Shown here: in pieces, positions 45,994 through 54,693 of the stretch
Layout: the number at the start of each line of letters is the position of its first letter
Position numbering within the stretch: position 1 is the first letter of the stretch
Assembly: GCA_949948775.1 (NCBI GenBank)
Contig: CATLHC010000002.1
Coordinates: forward strand, 20,211-84,210
DNA: 64,000 nt
From: an uncultured Oscillospiraceae bacterium
Lineage (GTDB): Bacteria > Bacillota > Clostridia > Oscillospirales > Oscillospiraceae
Direction: 5' to 3'
Translations under genes and position numbers: made by a program
The notes under the pieces: model-generated
The model's input: the letters and a program-made list of their open reading frames with translations, nothing else
Told to the model about the DNA's origin: nothing
Databases searched by the model: none

Positions 45994-46875
45994 TTACGCG
46001 ATCGCCGCGAAGGGTCTGGTGGGGTCCTGCTGGTTCTGACGGACCCGCTGAGCCTGCTCATTCTGCTGCTGGGCCTGCTGGTCGGTGTTGGCCTTGGTCA
46101 CCGTCTCGGTGGTGCCGCCGGACACGTAAGCCTTGCCGCACTCCGGGCAGATGGCCGTGTGATAGGTGACGGACTGGCTGACCACCTTGCGGTCCTCCCG
46201 CTGGGCCTTGCCCTGCTCCCGGACTACGTGCTCGTTCTCATGGCCCCGGACGGCGGCGGCCGCCTGCTCGGGAGCGATGTTGGTGGGGGTCTTAAAGGAC
46301 ACGCCGGGATCGTCGGAGCCGTCCTGGTACTTGCGCTCCTTGCAGGTCTGGCACTCGCCCTCCTCCATGACCTCCTGGGCGCTCTTAGAGCCCTCCAGAG
46401 CGGGGTTGGCGGCCTTCCCGTCGCCGGCACCCTTCAGACCGGTCAGCTCGGGGCCGTTAGCCTTCTCCGCGCCGGCGCCCTTCAGGCCGGTCACTTCGGG
46501 CGTCTCGGCCTTCTCCGCCCCCGCCTGAACAGCGTTGGACTGCTGGGCGGAGTCACCGGGGTACTGGATGCGCATGCGCACCGCCATCTCCGCCGGGTCG
46601 GAGCCGAACCGGAGCAGGCCCGCCTGGGCGGGGTCATCGTTGGCGCTGATGGGCCGGGCCGGGGTGACGGGCTGGACGGGGGTGTCGGGCTGGTGGACCT
46701 TCTGCGCGGTCAGCACCATGCCGGACCGGGCGGTCTGGGCCTTGTCGGCATTCTGCGCCTGCGCCGCGCTCTGGGCCTGGGCGGCACCCTTCGCCTGAGC
46801 GGAGCGGTTTGCGTAGGACGCGCCGTAGAGGCCGTATGTAGAGTAGGGATTATAACCGGAAACTGCGCTTATCAT
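45994..46875 (-). CDS. Hypothetical protein with C-terminal CxxC...HExxH...CxxC domain (SprA-related-like)
   Basis: ECQTC, AVRGHENEH, ICPECGKAYVSGG; low-complexity N-terminus; ATG at 46875 after GAGGTG. Confidence 0.75.
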   Translation of the reverse strand: MISAVSGYNPYSTYGLYGASYANRSAQAKGAAQAQSAAQAQNADKAQTARSGMVLTAQKVHQPDTPVQPVTPARPISANDDPAQAGLLRFGSDPAEMAVRMRIQYPGDSAQQSNAVQAGAEKAETPEVTGLKGAGAEKANGPELTGLKGAGDGKAANPALEGSKSAQEVMEEGECQTCKERKYQDGSDDPGVSFKTPTNIAPEQAAAAVRGHENEHVVREQGKAQREDRKVVSQSVTYHTAICPECGKAYVSGGTTETVTKANTDQQAQQQNEQAQRVRQNQQDPTRPFAAIA

Positions 46876-46922
46876 ATCGACCACCTCGCGAATGAGAAAA
46901 AATATGGACACTTATAATAATA

Positions 46923-46949
46923 TTATAGCAGATGAGATGGAAAATGCAA
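46923..46949 (-). promoter_or_regulatory. Sigma-A promoter of the HExxH gene
   Basis: Minus strand TTGCAT-N16-TATAAT with extended TG. Confidence 0.6.
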
Positions 46950-46950
46950 G

Positions 46951-47178
46951 TTATTTTCGGCGGGATTTGGGGTAGGGACCTCTATTTTTTACCCGGCCGA
47001 AAAGATAGTCTACGCTGGTCTCATAGAGATCCGCCAGCATAACCACAACTCTAAGAGGCATGTCCCGCTTCCCGCACTCGTATTTTGAATAGGTTGTTCG
47101 CTCACAAGACAGGTACTCCGCTATTTCCTTTTGTGTCAAACCCGTTTCCTCTCGCAATTCACGAAGCCTATACTGCAT
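46951..47178 (-). CDS. XRE-family HTH transcriptional regulator
   Basis: RLRELREETGLTQKEIAEYL..YSKYECGKR..LADLYETSVDYLFG. Confidence 0.9.
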   Translation of the reverse strand: MQYRLRELREETGLTQKEIAEYLSCERTTYSKYECGKRDMPLRVVVMLADLYETSVDYLFGRVKNRGPYPKSRRK

Positions 47179-47249
47179 TTTATCACCCAGGCTGAGCATA
47201 ACACAAAACAATTTTCAGCGTGGGAAAATAGGTTAAATGTGCCTAAAGC

Positions 47250-47289
47250 AAAACCTTCTCCGGCAATTGCCGGAGAAGGTTTTTTATTG
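47250..47289. terminator. Terminator after bioY
   Basis: AAAACCTTCTCCGGC-aatt-GCCGGAGAAGGTTTT. Confidence 0.85.
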
Positions 47290-47295
47290 CTCATG

Positions 47296-47892
47296 TCATT
47301 GCGCTTCCAGCAGCCCGGCCCGCTCCAGCCCCCGCCGGACGGGCACGCCTACCACCAGCGCCACAACCATCTTGATGAGGTCGCAGGGGATAAAGGGAAT
47401 CACGCAGGCCGCCAGGGCTTTTTGCAGGTCCACGCCCGCCTGGACGCAGTACCAGGCCGTGCCGAAGGCGTACAGCACCGCCGTGGCCAGCACCAGCCCC
47501 AAAAACTGAAACGCCAGCGCGATGACCGCATCCCTCTTCCCCTTCCCGCCGGATTTGCGCAGGGTGAGCTGTACAATGGACCCCGCCAGCAGCATCATGG
47601 GCAGATAACCCACCAGATAGCCCCCCGTGGGACCCGCCAGACGGCTGATGCCGCCCATGTAGTTGCTGAACACGGGCAGGCCCACCATTCCCACCAGCAG
47701 GTACACCAGCGTGGCCGCCGTCCCCCAGACGCCGCCCAGCAGATAGGCGGTCAGGTAGATTGCCAGGGTACCGCCGGTGATGGAGATGGGGCCGATGGGG
47801 ATGGAGATGGGGGCCAGCACACACATCACCGCCGCCATCACAGCGCACAGGGTCAAACGGCGCGTATCGGCCAAGGTTTTCTCCGTCATCAA
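47296..47892 (-). CDS. bioY: Biotin transporter S-component BioY
   Basis: YLLVGMVGLPVFS..GPTGGYLVG..PFIPCDLIK; BirA site upstream. Confidence 0.95.
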   Translation of the reverse strand: MMTEKTLADTRRLTLCAVMAAVMCVLAPISIPIGPISITGGTLAIYLTAYLLGGVWGTAATLVYLLVGMVGLPVFSNYMGGISRLAGPTGGYLVGYLPMMLLAGSIVQLTLRKSGGKGKRDAVIALAFQFLGLVLATAVLYAFGTAWYCVQAGVDLQKALAACVIPFIPCDLIKMVVALVVGVPVRRGLERAGLLEAQ

Positions 47893-47903
47893 TGATCACC
47901 TCA

Positions 47904-47937
47904 ATTGTAAACTTAACTTCGGTTTGGAGTATACAAT
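47904..47937. promoter_or_regulatory. BirA operator overlapping the bioY -10
   Basis: ATTGTAAAC-N16-GTATACAAT fits the Firmicute BirA consensus; minus-strand promoter TTGACA-N17-TATACT at 47928-47956. Confidence 0.85.
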
Positions 47938-48104
47938 AGAGGGCGGCCGTTGTCAAGGACTTCTTGCGTTTTTTTCCGGGATGTGTTACCATAGAGCCAC
48001 CGTTTGCCGCGGGCGGTAACCACTCGGTTTTTGCCTCGACTCGTCAGCGGACAAAAGTTCTTTTTGCTTGCTTTTTCTTGCAGGAAAAGTAAGAGGAGGT
48101 TTTC

Positions 48105-49142
48105 ATGGGAAAGATGAAGTTCCTCGTCCAGCGCCTGCTGGACATGAATTATAAGGCCATGCTGGATAAAATCAGCTCCATCCACCAAAAAACGGGCCGC
48201 TCCCGATGGGCCGTCTTTCAGGACATGCGGCGGTGCGCGGTCAAGTACGGCGCGGGCTATATGGATTACGACCTGTTTGAGATGTACGACCTGACCGACG
48301 AGCAGCGGGACACCTACCTCACCCGGGGCCGCAACAACGAGTTTGTCGTCAAATATAACGACAAGGACTATATGGGCGATTTGGACGACAAGGCCCGGTT
48401 CAACGCCCGGTTCCAGTCCTTTCTCCACCGGGAGTGGGTGCCGGTGACGGGGGAGAACAAGGCCGATGTGCTGGCTTTTCTGGAGCGCAACCCGGTGTTC
48501 ATGGCCAAGCCCACGGTGGGCAGCTGCGGCCGGGGCATTGAAAAGCTGAACACGTCCGATTTTCCCTCCCTGGACGCCCTATACGACCGCCTGGCCGAGC
48601 AGGCCCCCCGTCTGGAGCTGGAGGCGCTCATCCGGCAGCACCCGGCGCTGGACGCGCTCTATCCCGGCTCCATCAATACCGCCCGGGTGGTGACCATCCG
48701 GGGAAAGAGCGGCCATGTGTACTTTGTGGCGGCCATTCTGCGGGTGGGCAATGGCGGAAAGTTCGTGGACAACTTCAACAACGGCGGTATGATGGCCCCC
48801 GTGGATGTGGAGACGGGAGTGGTCCGGATGCCCGCCGTCGATAAGCAGAAAAACCTCTACGAGACCCACCCCGCCACCGGCACCGCGATCCAGGGCTTTG
48901 CCCTGCCCGACTGGGAGGCCGCCAAGGAGATGTGCGCCCAGGCGGCTCAGGTGATCCCCCAGGTGGGCTATATCGGCTGGGACGTGTGCTTCACCCCGGA
49001 GGGGCCCTGTCTGGTGGAGGGCAACCAGTACCCCGGCAACGATGTCTATCAGATCCCCGTCCATACGCCGGACAAGATCGGCATGATGCCCGTGTTTCGA
49101 GCCATCGAAGCGGAAGAGGCGAGAAGAGCTTCGAAATCTTAG
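48105..49142 (+). CDS. Sugar-transfer-associated ATP-grasp domain protein
   Basis: DDK..F, AKP..GSCGRGI, IRQHP..SINTARVVT, VDNF..GG, HPATG, IGWDV..GP.LVEGN..PG. Confidence 0.85.
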   Translation: MGKMKFLVQRLLDMNYKAMLDKISSIHQKTGRSRWAVFQDMRRCAVKYGAGYMDYDLFEMYDLTDEQRDTYLTRGRNNEFVVKYNDKDYMGDLDDKARFNARFQSFLHREWVPVTGENKADVLAFLERNPVFMAKPTVGSCGRGIEKLNTSDFPSLDALYDRLAEQAPRLELEALIRQHPALDALYPGSINTARVVTIRGKSGHVYFVAAILRVGNGGKFVDNFNNGGMMAPVDVETGVVRMPAVDKQKNLYETHPATGTAIQGFALPDWEAAKEMCAQAAQVIPQVGYIGWDVCFTPEGPCLVEGNQYPGNDVYQIPVHTPDKIGMMPVFRAIEAEEARRASKS

Positions 49143-49167
49143 GCCCGGCGTACGACGGCTGGAGAAA

Positions 49168-49210
49168 ACAGAGGACGCAGAGGCGTTGAAAGCCTCTGCG
49201 TCCCTATTTT
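49168..49210. terminator. Bidirectional terminator
   Basis: GGACGCAGAGGC-gttgaaa-GCCTCTGCGTCC between convergent genes. Confidence 0.7.
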
Positions 49211-49872
49211 GCGACATCGGTTACGGTGAGCACGCCGCCCTGAACCCGGAAACGTACCTCCAGCCCCGCGAAGCCGAAGCCGTATACCCGCTCGGGATCG
49301 TCCTGGTAGGAGGGGCGGGGGTCCTGGGCCAGCACGCCGGCCAGCGCGTCCCGGCGGTCCGGCGGCACCCGCTCCAGCAGCTCCGGCGGTATGTCCACTG
49401 TCAGCGCTCCCCCCGGCGCGGACGGGGCGAAGCCCGCCGCCGCCTCGGGATGGCTGTCGGCATAGGGGATATAGGGCTTAACGTCCAGGATGGGGGTGCC
49501 GTCCACCAGATCCGCTCCGGACACGTGGAGCACCGGGCCGCCGGGGGCGTCCCATTCCACCCTCTCCAGGCGCACGCAGGACAGCCCGATGGGGTTGGGC
49601 CGGAAGGGGGAGCGGCTGGCGAACACCCCCACCCGCCGGTTGCCTCCCAGCCGGGGGGGCCGCACGGTGGGGGACCAGCCCTTGCCTTTGTTCTCAGAAA
49701 ACTCCCAGATGAGCCACAGGTGGGAGAAGCCGTCGATACCCCGCAAAGCCTCGGGGGTGCGGTAGGGCGGCTCGAACACCACCGCGGAGCGCAGCTCCTT
49801 CACCACGCCGGCCTGGCGGGGCACGCCGAACTTGGTGGCGAAATCGGAGCGGATATGGGCGACGGGTTCCAT
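49204..49872 (-). CDS. trmO: tRNA m6t6A37 methyltransferase TrmO (TsaA)
   Basis: KFGVPRQ, FSHLWLIW, TVRPPRLGGN..GVFASRSPFRPNPIGLS, DLVDGTPILDVKPY, DPRP.Y. Confidence 0.95.
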   Translation of the reverse strand: MEPVAHIRSDFATKFGVPRQAGVVKELRSAVVFEPPYRTPEALRGIDGFSHLWLIWEFSENKGKGWSPTVRPPRLGGNRRVGVFASRSPFRPNPIGLSCVRLERVEWDAPGGPVLHVSGADLVDGTPILDVKPYIPYADSHPEAAAGFAPSAPGGALTVDIPPELLERVPPDRRDALAGVLAQDPRPSYQDDPERVYGFGFAGLEVRFRVQGGVLTVTDVAK

Positions 49873-50429
49873 CAGTCCACGTTGGAGCTGGCGCGCATGG
49901 CCAAGATGGTCTTGCCGATGAGCTCGTCCAGCTCCCAGCCCAGCATGGCCGCGCCCTGCTCAATGACCTCCCGGGAGCACCCGGCGGCGAACTTTTTGTC
50001 CTTGTACTTCTTCTTCACCGATTTGACCTCCAGATCGCCGACGCTTCTGGAGGGCCGCATAATGGCCGCCGCGCCGATGAGGCCCGTCAGCTCGTCCACG
50101 GCGAAGAGCACCTTTTCCATCTGGTGCTCCGGCCGGATGTCCACGCACTGCCCGTAGCCGTGGCTGGCGGTGGCGTGGATGACGGACTCGTCGATATCCC
50201 GCTCCCGCATCAGCTCCTGACTCTTGACGCAGTGCTGGTCGGGCCACTGTTCAAAGTCCAGGTCGTGGAGGACGCCCACGGCCTCCCAGAAGTCGGCGTC
50301 CTCGCCGTAGCTCAGCTCCTGGGCGAACCAGCGCAGCACGTCGCCCACGGTGCGGGCGTGCCTGCGGTGGAACTCGCCCTCGTTGAATTCACACAAAAGG
50401 TCCCAGGCCTGTTCGGGGGTGGGGATCAT
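49872..50429 (-). CDS. HD-superfamily hydrolase (HDIG type)
   Basis: RRHA..V, GVLHDLDFE, SH, AVDELTG, KKYKDKKFAAGCSRE. Confidence 0.88.
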   Translation of the reverse strand: MIPTPEQAWDLLCEFNEGEFHRRHARTVGDVLRWFAQELSYGEDADFWEAVGVLHDLDFEQWPDQHCVKSQELMRERDIDESVIHATASHGYGQCVDIRPEHQMEKVLFAVDELTGLIGAAAIMRPSRSVGDLEVKSVKKKYKDKKFAAGCSREVIEQGAAMLGWELDELIGKTILAMRASSNVD

Positions 50430-50530
50430 GGCAAACAGCTCCTTTGTATTGGTTTGCTGGAATCATATACCTGTTCCCACGGGCTGTCAACTGTTTCTTC
50501 CCCTGGGATGATGATGCACAAACAGCGTCC

Positions 50531-50929
50531 TCACACCTTGAGGCTCAAGCCCCCGCGTACCCCGGCGGCGGTGAGCTCCAGCTCCTGGAGCGTATAAAGC
50601 CCGCTGAGCCGGCCCTCCTCATAGCCGGACGAGTCAAAGGTCACGCTGACGCAGAACGCCGCCCCGCCCCGGTAGTGGAAGCCGTTGGCGCCGATCATAT
50701 TCACGCGCCCGGACGCGGTCTGCGTGACCGTCCCGTCCTCCGCCGCGGCCTCGGCGGTCTCCGCGCCCCACAGCTTCCGCCAGCCGTCCTCATAGGGGAT
50801 GCGCCCCACATCCAGCCGGACGGCGTTGGAGAAGTCCAGCTCCCGCTTTTCGGGCTCAAATTTGGTCATATAGCCGGCATACGCGCCGGTGAAGCGGGCG
50901 GAGGCGGAGTTGATGGAGACGACGGACAT
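50531..50929 (-). CDS. Hypothetical protein, predicted sigma-28-dependent
   Basis: ATG after AAGGGGG RBS; near-consensus sigma-28 promoter just upstream. Confidence 0.7.
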   Translation of the reverse strand: MSVVSINSASARFTGAYAGYMTKFEPEKRELDFSNAVRLDVGRIPYEDGWRKLWGAETAEAAAEDGTVTQTASGRVNMIGANGFHYRGGAAFCVSVTFDSSGYEEGRLSGLYTLQELELTAAGVRGGLSLKV

Positions 50930-50966
50930 GGGAAAATCCCCCTTGGCTTGTATTTATCTGCATTTT

Positions 50967-50993
50967 ATATCGGCAAACGCCGCGAAAACTTAA
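50967..50993 (-). promoter_or_regulatory. Sigma-28 promoter
   Basis: Minus strand TTAAGTTT-N11-GCCGATAT. Confidence 0.8.
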
Positions 50994-51050
50994 CGCGGCG
51001 CGGGATTTTGCGTTGGTATGGGCCTTTCCCGGAAAGTGGCCGATTCCCCG

Positions 51051-51079
51051 TTGACTTTCTCTCGGGGAAACAGTACAAT
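51051..51079 (+). promoter_or_regulatory. Sigma-A promoter of cysteine desulfurase-MATE operon
   Basis: TTGACT-N17-TACAAT. Confidence 0.75.
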
Positions 51080-51117
51080 ACAAGGACTGCCGCAAATACG
51101 ATGGGAGGAGAGCCGCC

Positions 51118-52257
51118 ATGGACCGTCTGATTTATTTTGATTACGCCGCCACTACCCCTGTGAGGCGGGAGGCCGTGGACGCCATGATGGACGCTCTGGG
51201 GCGCTTCGGCAACCCCTCCTCCCGCTATGAGTACGCCCGCCAGGCCGCCCAACGGGTGAGGGAGGACCGGGAGGCCGTGGCCAAGGCGTTTGGGTGCTCT
51301 CCTGCCGAGCTGTTTTTCACCTCCTGCGGCACCGAGGGGGACAACTGGGCCATCCGCCGGGGGGTGGAGGCCAACCGCCGGAAAGGCAAGCACATCGTCA
51401 CCACCGCCGTTGAGCACGCCGCCGTGCTGGAAACCTGCAAGGATTTGGAGCGGCAGGGGTATGAGGTCACCTACCTGAAACCCGACCGAGCGGGGCGGGT
51501 CACCGTGGAGCAGCTTGCCGCCGCCCTTCGGCCGGACACGGCGCTGGTGTCCATGATGCTGGTGAACAACGAGACGGGGGCTATTCTGCCTGTGGCCGAG
51601 TGCGTCAAGGCGGTGAAAGCCTTCGACCCCGCCATCCTGTTCCACTGCGACGCGGTGCAGGGCTTTTTGAAAACCCCCGAGCCGCTGGTAAAGCTGGGCG
51701 CGGACCTGGTGGCCATCAGCGGCCACAAAGTCGGCGGGCCCAAGGGCATCGGGGCATTGTACATCAAAAAAGGCGTGCGTCTGCGCCCATTGCTCACCGG
51801 GGGCGGTCAGGAGGAGGGCCTGCGCTCCGGCACCGAGGCCACGGCGCAAATCGCGGGCTTTGCCGCCGCCGTCCGGGCCAATGTGGCGGCACCGGGGCGG
51901 CTGGAGCGCACGGCGGCTATGAAAGAATATGCTTTGGAGCAGTTGAAGGCCGCCCTGCCCAAGCTGGAGGTCATCTCCGCCGGGGACGTGCCCCACATCT
52001 GCGCCATCACCTTGCCCGGCTATAAGAGCGAGGTCATCGTCCGGGTGCTGGGGGATCAGGGCGTGTGCGTCTCCTCCGGCTCCGCCTGTCACAAGGGGAA
52101 ACCCAGCCACGTGTTCGCCGCCATGGGGCTGCCCAAGCGTTGGCTGGACGGGGCGCTGCGGCTGTCCTTCTCGCCGGACACCACAAGGGAAGAGGCGGAC
52201 GCGCTGACCCGCGCCCTCAGAGACGCGGCAGGCAGCCTATTCACTACATTATCATAA
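51118..52257 (+). CDS. Cysteine desulfurase (IscS/NifS class-V PLP enzyme)
   Basis: YFDYAATT, GNPSS, FTSCGTEGDN, EHAAV, VNNETG, HCDAVQ, SGHK.GGPKG, SSGSAC. Confidence 0.95.
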   Translation: MDRLIYFDYAATTPVRREAVDAMMDALGRFGNPSSRYEYARQAAQRVREDREAVAKAFGCSPAELFFTSCGTEGDNWAIRRGVEANRRKGKHIVTTAVEHAAVLETCKDLERQGYEVTYLKPDRAGRVTVEQLAAALRPDTALVSMMLVNNETGAILPVAECVKAVKAFDPAILFHCDAVQGFLKTPEPLVKLGADLVAISGHKVGGPKGIGALYIKKGVRLRPLLTGGGQEEGLRSGTEATAQIAGFAAAVRANVAAPGRLERTAAMKEYALEQLKAALPKLEVISAGDVPHICAITLPGYKSEVIVRVLGDQGVCVSSGSACHKGKPSHVFAAMGLPKRWLDGALRLSFSPDTTREEADALTRALRDAAGSLFTTLS

Positions 52258-52275
52258 AAGGAGCTTCCAACCAAA

Positions 52276-53673
52276 ATGCTGAAACTATTCCAGCGGGAGA
52301 AGGGCTTTTACCGCAGGCTGCTGGCGCTGGCCATGCCCATCCTGCTTCAAAACCTCATTACCAACTCCCTGGGCCTGGTGGACACCTTCATGGTGGGCAC
52401 CATGGGCCAGGGTCCTCTGGCCGGGGTGACCCTGGCCAATATCCCGGTGTTCGTGGTCCAGCTCATGATGTTCGGCATCCAGAGCGGCTCCTCCGTGCTC
52501 ATCAGCCAGTACCGGGGCAAGGGGGATATGGGAGCCATCAACCGGGTCATGGGGATCGGTATGTACGCCGCCGGGTTCATCGGCCTGGCGTTCGCCCTCG
52601 TCATGGGTTTCCTCCCCAACCAGTTCATGCGTCTGTTCGGGGAAGATCCCCAGGTGGTGGCCACCGCCGCCCAGTACGCCCGCATCGTGGGCTGGTCCTA
52701 CTTCTTCGACAGCTTCGTCCAGGTGTACAACGGTGTCCACCGGGCCATGGGCAACCCCAAGCGGGGGCTGTACATCTTGGGGGTCTCCATGGCGTGCAAC
52801 ACCTTTCTCAACTGGGTGCTCATCTTCGGCAACCTGGGGGCCCCCCGGCTGGGGGTGGAGGGCGCCGCTCTGGCCACCCTGCTGGCCAGAGCACTGTCCT
52901 GCGCCATTGCCGTGGGCTGGGCCGTTCGGGACAGGAATTTCCGTCTCGACCCCGCCCTGCTGCTGCGCCCCGGCGGGGAGATGGTCCGCCGGTTTGTCCG
53001 CTTCGCCACCCCGGTGATGTGCAACGAGACCTTCTGGGGTCTGGGCACCTCTCTGTTTCCCACCATCATGGGCCATATGGAGGGCTCGGAGGAGATCTTG
53101 GCCGCCTATGCCATCGCGGGCAACATCACCAATCTGTGTACCGTGGGCGTGTTTGCCATCGCGGGCACCGCCGCTATCCTGGTGGGCCAGGAGATCGGCT
53201 CGGGCAACGCGGACAAGGTGTACTCCCTGGGGGCGCTGCTCAACACCCTGGCCTTTCTGTTCGGCCTGGCGTCGGGAGCGGTGTTCCTGGGTCTGCTTCA
53301 TCTGTTTGTCATCCCGGTGCTCTATCCCCTATTTAGGCTCACCCCCTCGGCGGCGGACATCTGCACCATGATGCTCACCATGATCTTTTTGGTCATGCCC
53401 CTGCGGTCCATGGAGTGTACCAACATCGTAGGAGTGCTCCGGGGCGGGGGTGACGTGAAGATGGCCACCCTTATCGATCTGTCCCCGCTGTGGGTGGTGT
53501 CCATCCCCATCGCCGCCCTGTCCGGGCTGGTGTTTAAGCTGGGCATCTTCTGGGTGTATCTGGGCATCATCAGTGAGAACATGGTCAAGGCGGTGCTGGG
53601 CCTGTGGCGGTTTAAGACGGCCAGATGGATTCGAGACGTCACCCTGCCCGCCCACCAGGGTGCGGAGGGTTAA
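52276..53673 (+). CDS. MATE-family efflux transporter
   Basis: LAMPILLQN..LVDTFMVG, LIFGNLGAPRLGVEGAALAT, GVLRGGGD. Confidence 0.95.
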   Translation: MLKLFQREKGFYRRLLALAMPILLQNLITNSLGLVDTFMVGTMGQGPLAGVTLANIPVFVVQLMMFGIQSGSSVLISQYRGKGDMGAINRVMGIGMYAAGFIGLAFALVMGFLPNQFMRLFGEDPQVVATAAQYARIVGWSYFFDSFVQVYNGVHRAMGNPKRGLYILGVSMACNTFLNWVLIFGNLGAPRLGVEGAALATLLARALSCAIAVGWAVRDRNFRLDPALLLRPGGEMVRRFVRFATPVMCNETFWGLGTSLFPTIMGHMEGSEEILAAYAIAGNITNLCTVGVFAIAGTAAILVGQEIGSGNADKVYSLGALLNTLAFLFGLASGAVFLGLLHLFVIPVLYPLFRLTPSAADICTMMLTMIFLVMPLRSMECTNIVGVLRGGGDVKMATLIDLSPLWVVSIPIAALSGLVFKLGIFWVYLGIISENMVKAVLGLWRFKTARWIRDVTLPAHQGAEG

Positions 53674-53787
53674 CCTCTGCGGGGAAATTTTCGAAATGGT
53701 ATTGCTTTCCTCAGTCCGGTATGCTATGATGACGACGGTGGTAGTCATGCTGCCGGCTTTGCTGAAATTTTTTGGAGGTTGAACATC

Positions 53788-54186
53788 ATGTTTGTCAAGC
53801 GTTTCCTGCTCTCCGCGCTGACGGCGGTGTGCGCCGTTTCCTTACTGATTCCCGTCGCCTTCGCCCACGGCGGCTGTCACGGCCGCGCTGCCCGCCGGAC
53901 CGCCCAGCCCTGCGCGGTGGAGGACTGCACCCTCACCGGCTGGCATTCCCATGACCGGACACTGTATTGCGGGCATACCCACGGCGGCTACGGCCTGTGC
54001 GACGGCAGCTGCTACCCCTTGTGCCAGGTGGAGGGCTGCACGCTCACCGGCCCTCACACCCACAGCGGCGTGACCTACTGCGGCGCCAATCACGCCGACG
54101 GCTACTGCGACGGGAGCTGCCCGCTCTACCAGTCTCCCGACTACTCCGGCATCCGGTACGGCGGGCATCGCGGCTGCTGCCGCTGA
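53788..54186 (+). CDS. Small secreted Cys/His-rich two-repeat protein
   Basis: Signal peptide ending AFA-HGGCHG; two C.VE.CTLTG.H.H....YCG..H...CDGSC repeats; GGAGG RBS. Confidence 0.8.
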   Translation: MFVKRFLLSALTAVCAVSLLIPVAFAHGGCHGRAARRTAQPCAVEDCTLTGWHSHDRTLYCGHTHGGYGLCDGSCYPLCQVEGCTLTGPHTHSGVTYCGANHADGYCDGSCPLYQSPDYSGIRYGGHRGCCR

Positions 54187-54237
54187 GGCGGAGCAATTTC
54201 ACACGCAAAGGGGCGGGCCCGACGGCCCGCCCTCCTT

Positions 54238-54486
54238 TTATTCCCCTTTGTACTTTTTTCGGGTGGCGATGCCCCCTCGGATATGGCGTTCCGCTTTATT
54301 TTCGTTGAGGATGGCCTTCACCTGCTCGTACAGCCTGCGGTTGATGGCGGGCAGGCGCTCGCTCAGGTCCTTGTGAACGGTGGATTTGCTGATGCCGAAG
54401 CGGGTGGCGGCGGCCCGGACGGTGCTCTTATTTTCGATGATGTACAGCGCCAGCTCCTGGGCGCGCTCTTCCATGTTCCCCTTCAC
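54238..54486 (-). CDS. spoIIID: Sporulation transcription regulator SpoIIID
   Basis: EERA..YIIENKSTVR..FGISKSTVHKDLSERL..NKAERHIRGGIATRKKY. Confidence 0.97.
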   Translation of the reverse strand: MKGNMEERAQELALYIIENKSTVRAAATRFGISKSTVHKDLSERLPAINRRLYEQVKAILNENKAERHIRGGIATRKKYKGE

Positions 54487-54522
54487 AAAACAACACTCCC
54501 TGCTGTGGTCTCGTCACAGAGG

Positions 54523-54552
54523 ATGTATATGCGGCGGAAAGGGGCGATATGA
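54523..54552 (-). promoter_or_regulatory. Sigma-E promoter of spoIIID
   Basis: Minus strand TCATAT-N15-CATATACAT; spoIIID is a known SigE target. Confidence 0.75.
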
Positions 54553-54628
54553 GCGCGGGGTCTCCGCAAAGCCGTCAGGCCCTAACCGCTTCGCCGCGCT
54601 TCCTAATAAAAATTTAAGGTCCATTGTA

Positions 54629-54657
54629 TTTACACGGACCTGGAAACAGTATATAAT
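54629..54657 (+). promoter_or_regulatory. Sigma-A promoter of XpaC-like gene
   Basis: TTTACA-N17-TATAAT. Confidence 0.7.
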
Positions 54658-54693
54658 GAAATGCGTTCACCATACCTGGAGAGGGGGAGCAAC

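Noticed and set aside
48050-48095. T-rich/A-rich element AAGTTCTTTTTGCTTGCTTTTTCTTGCAGGAAAAGTAAG
   Set aside because: May be a fragment of a dispersed intergenic repeat, but it occurs once in this window and cannot be supported
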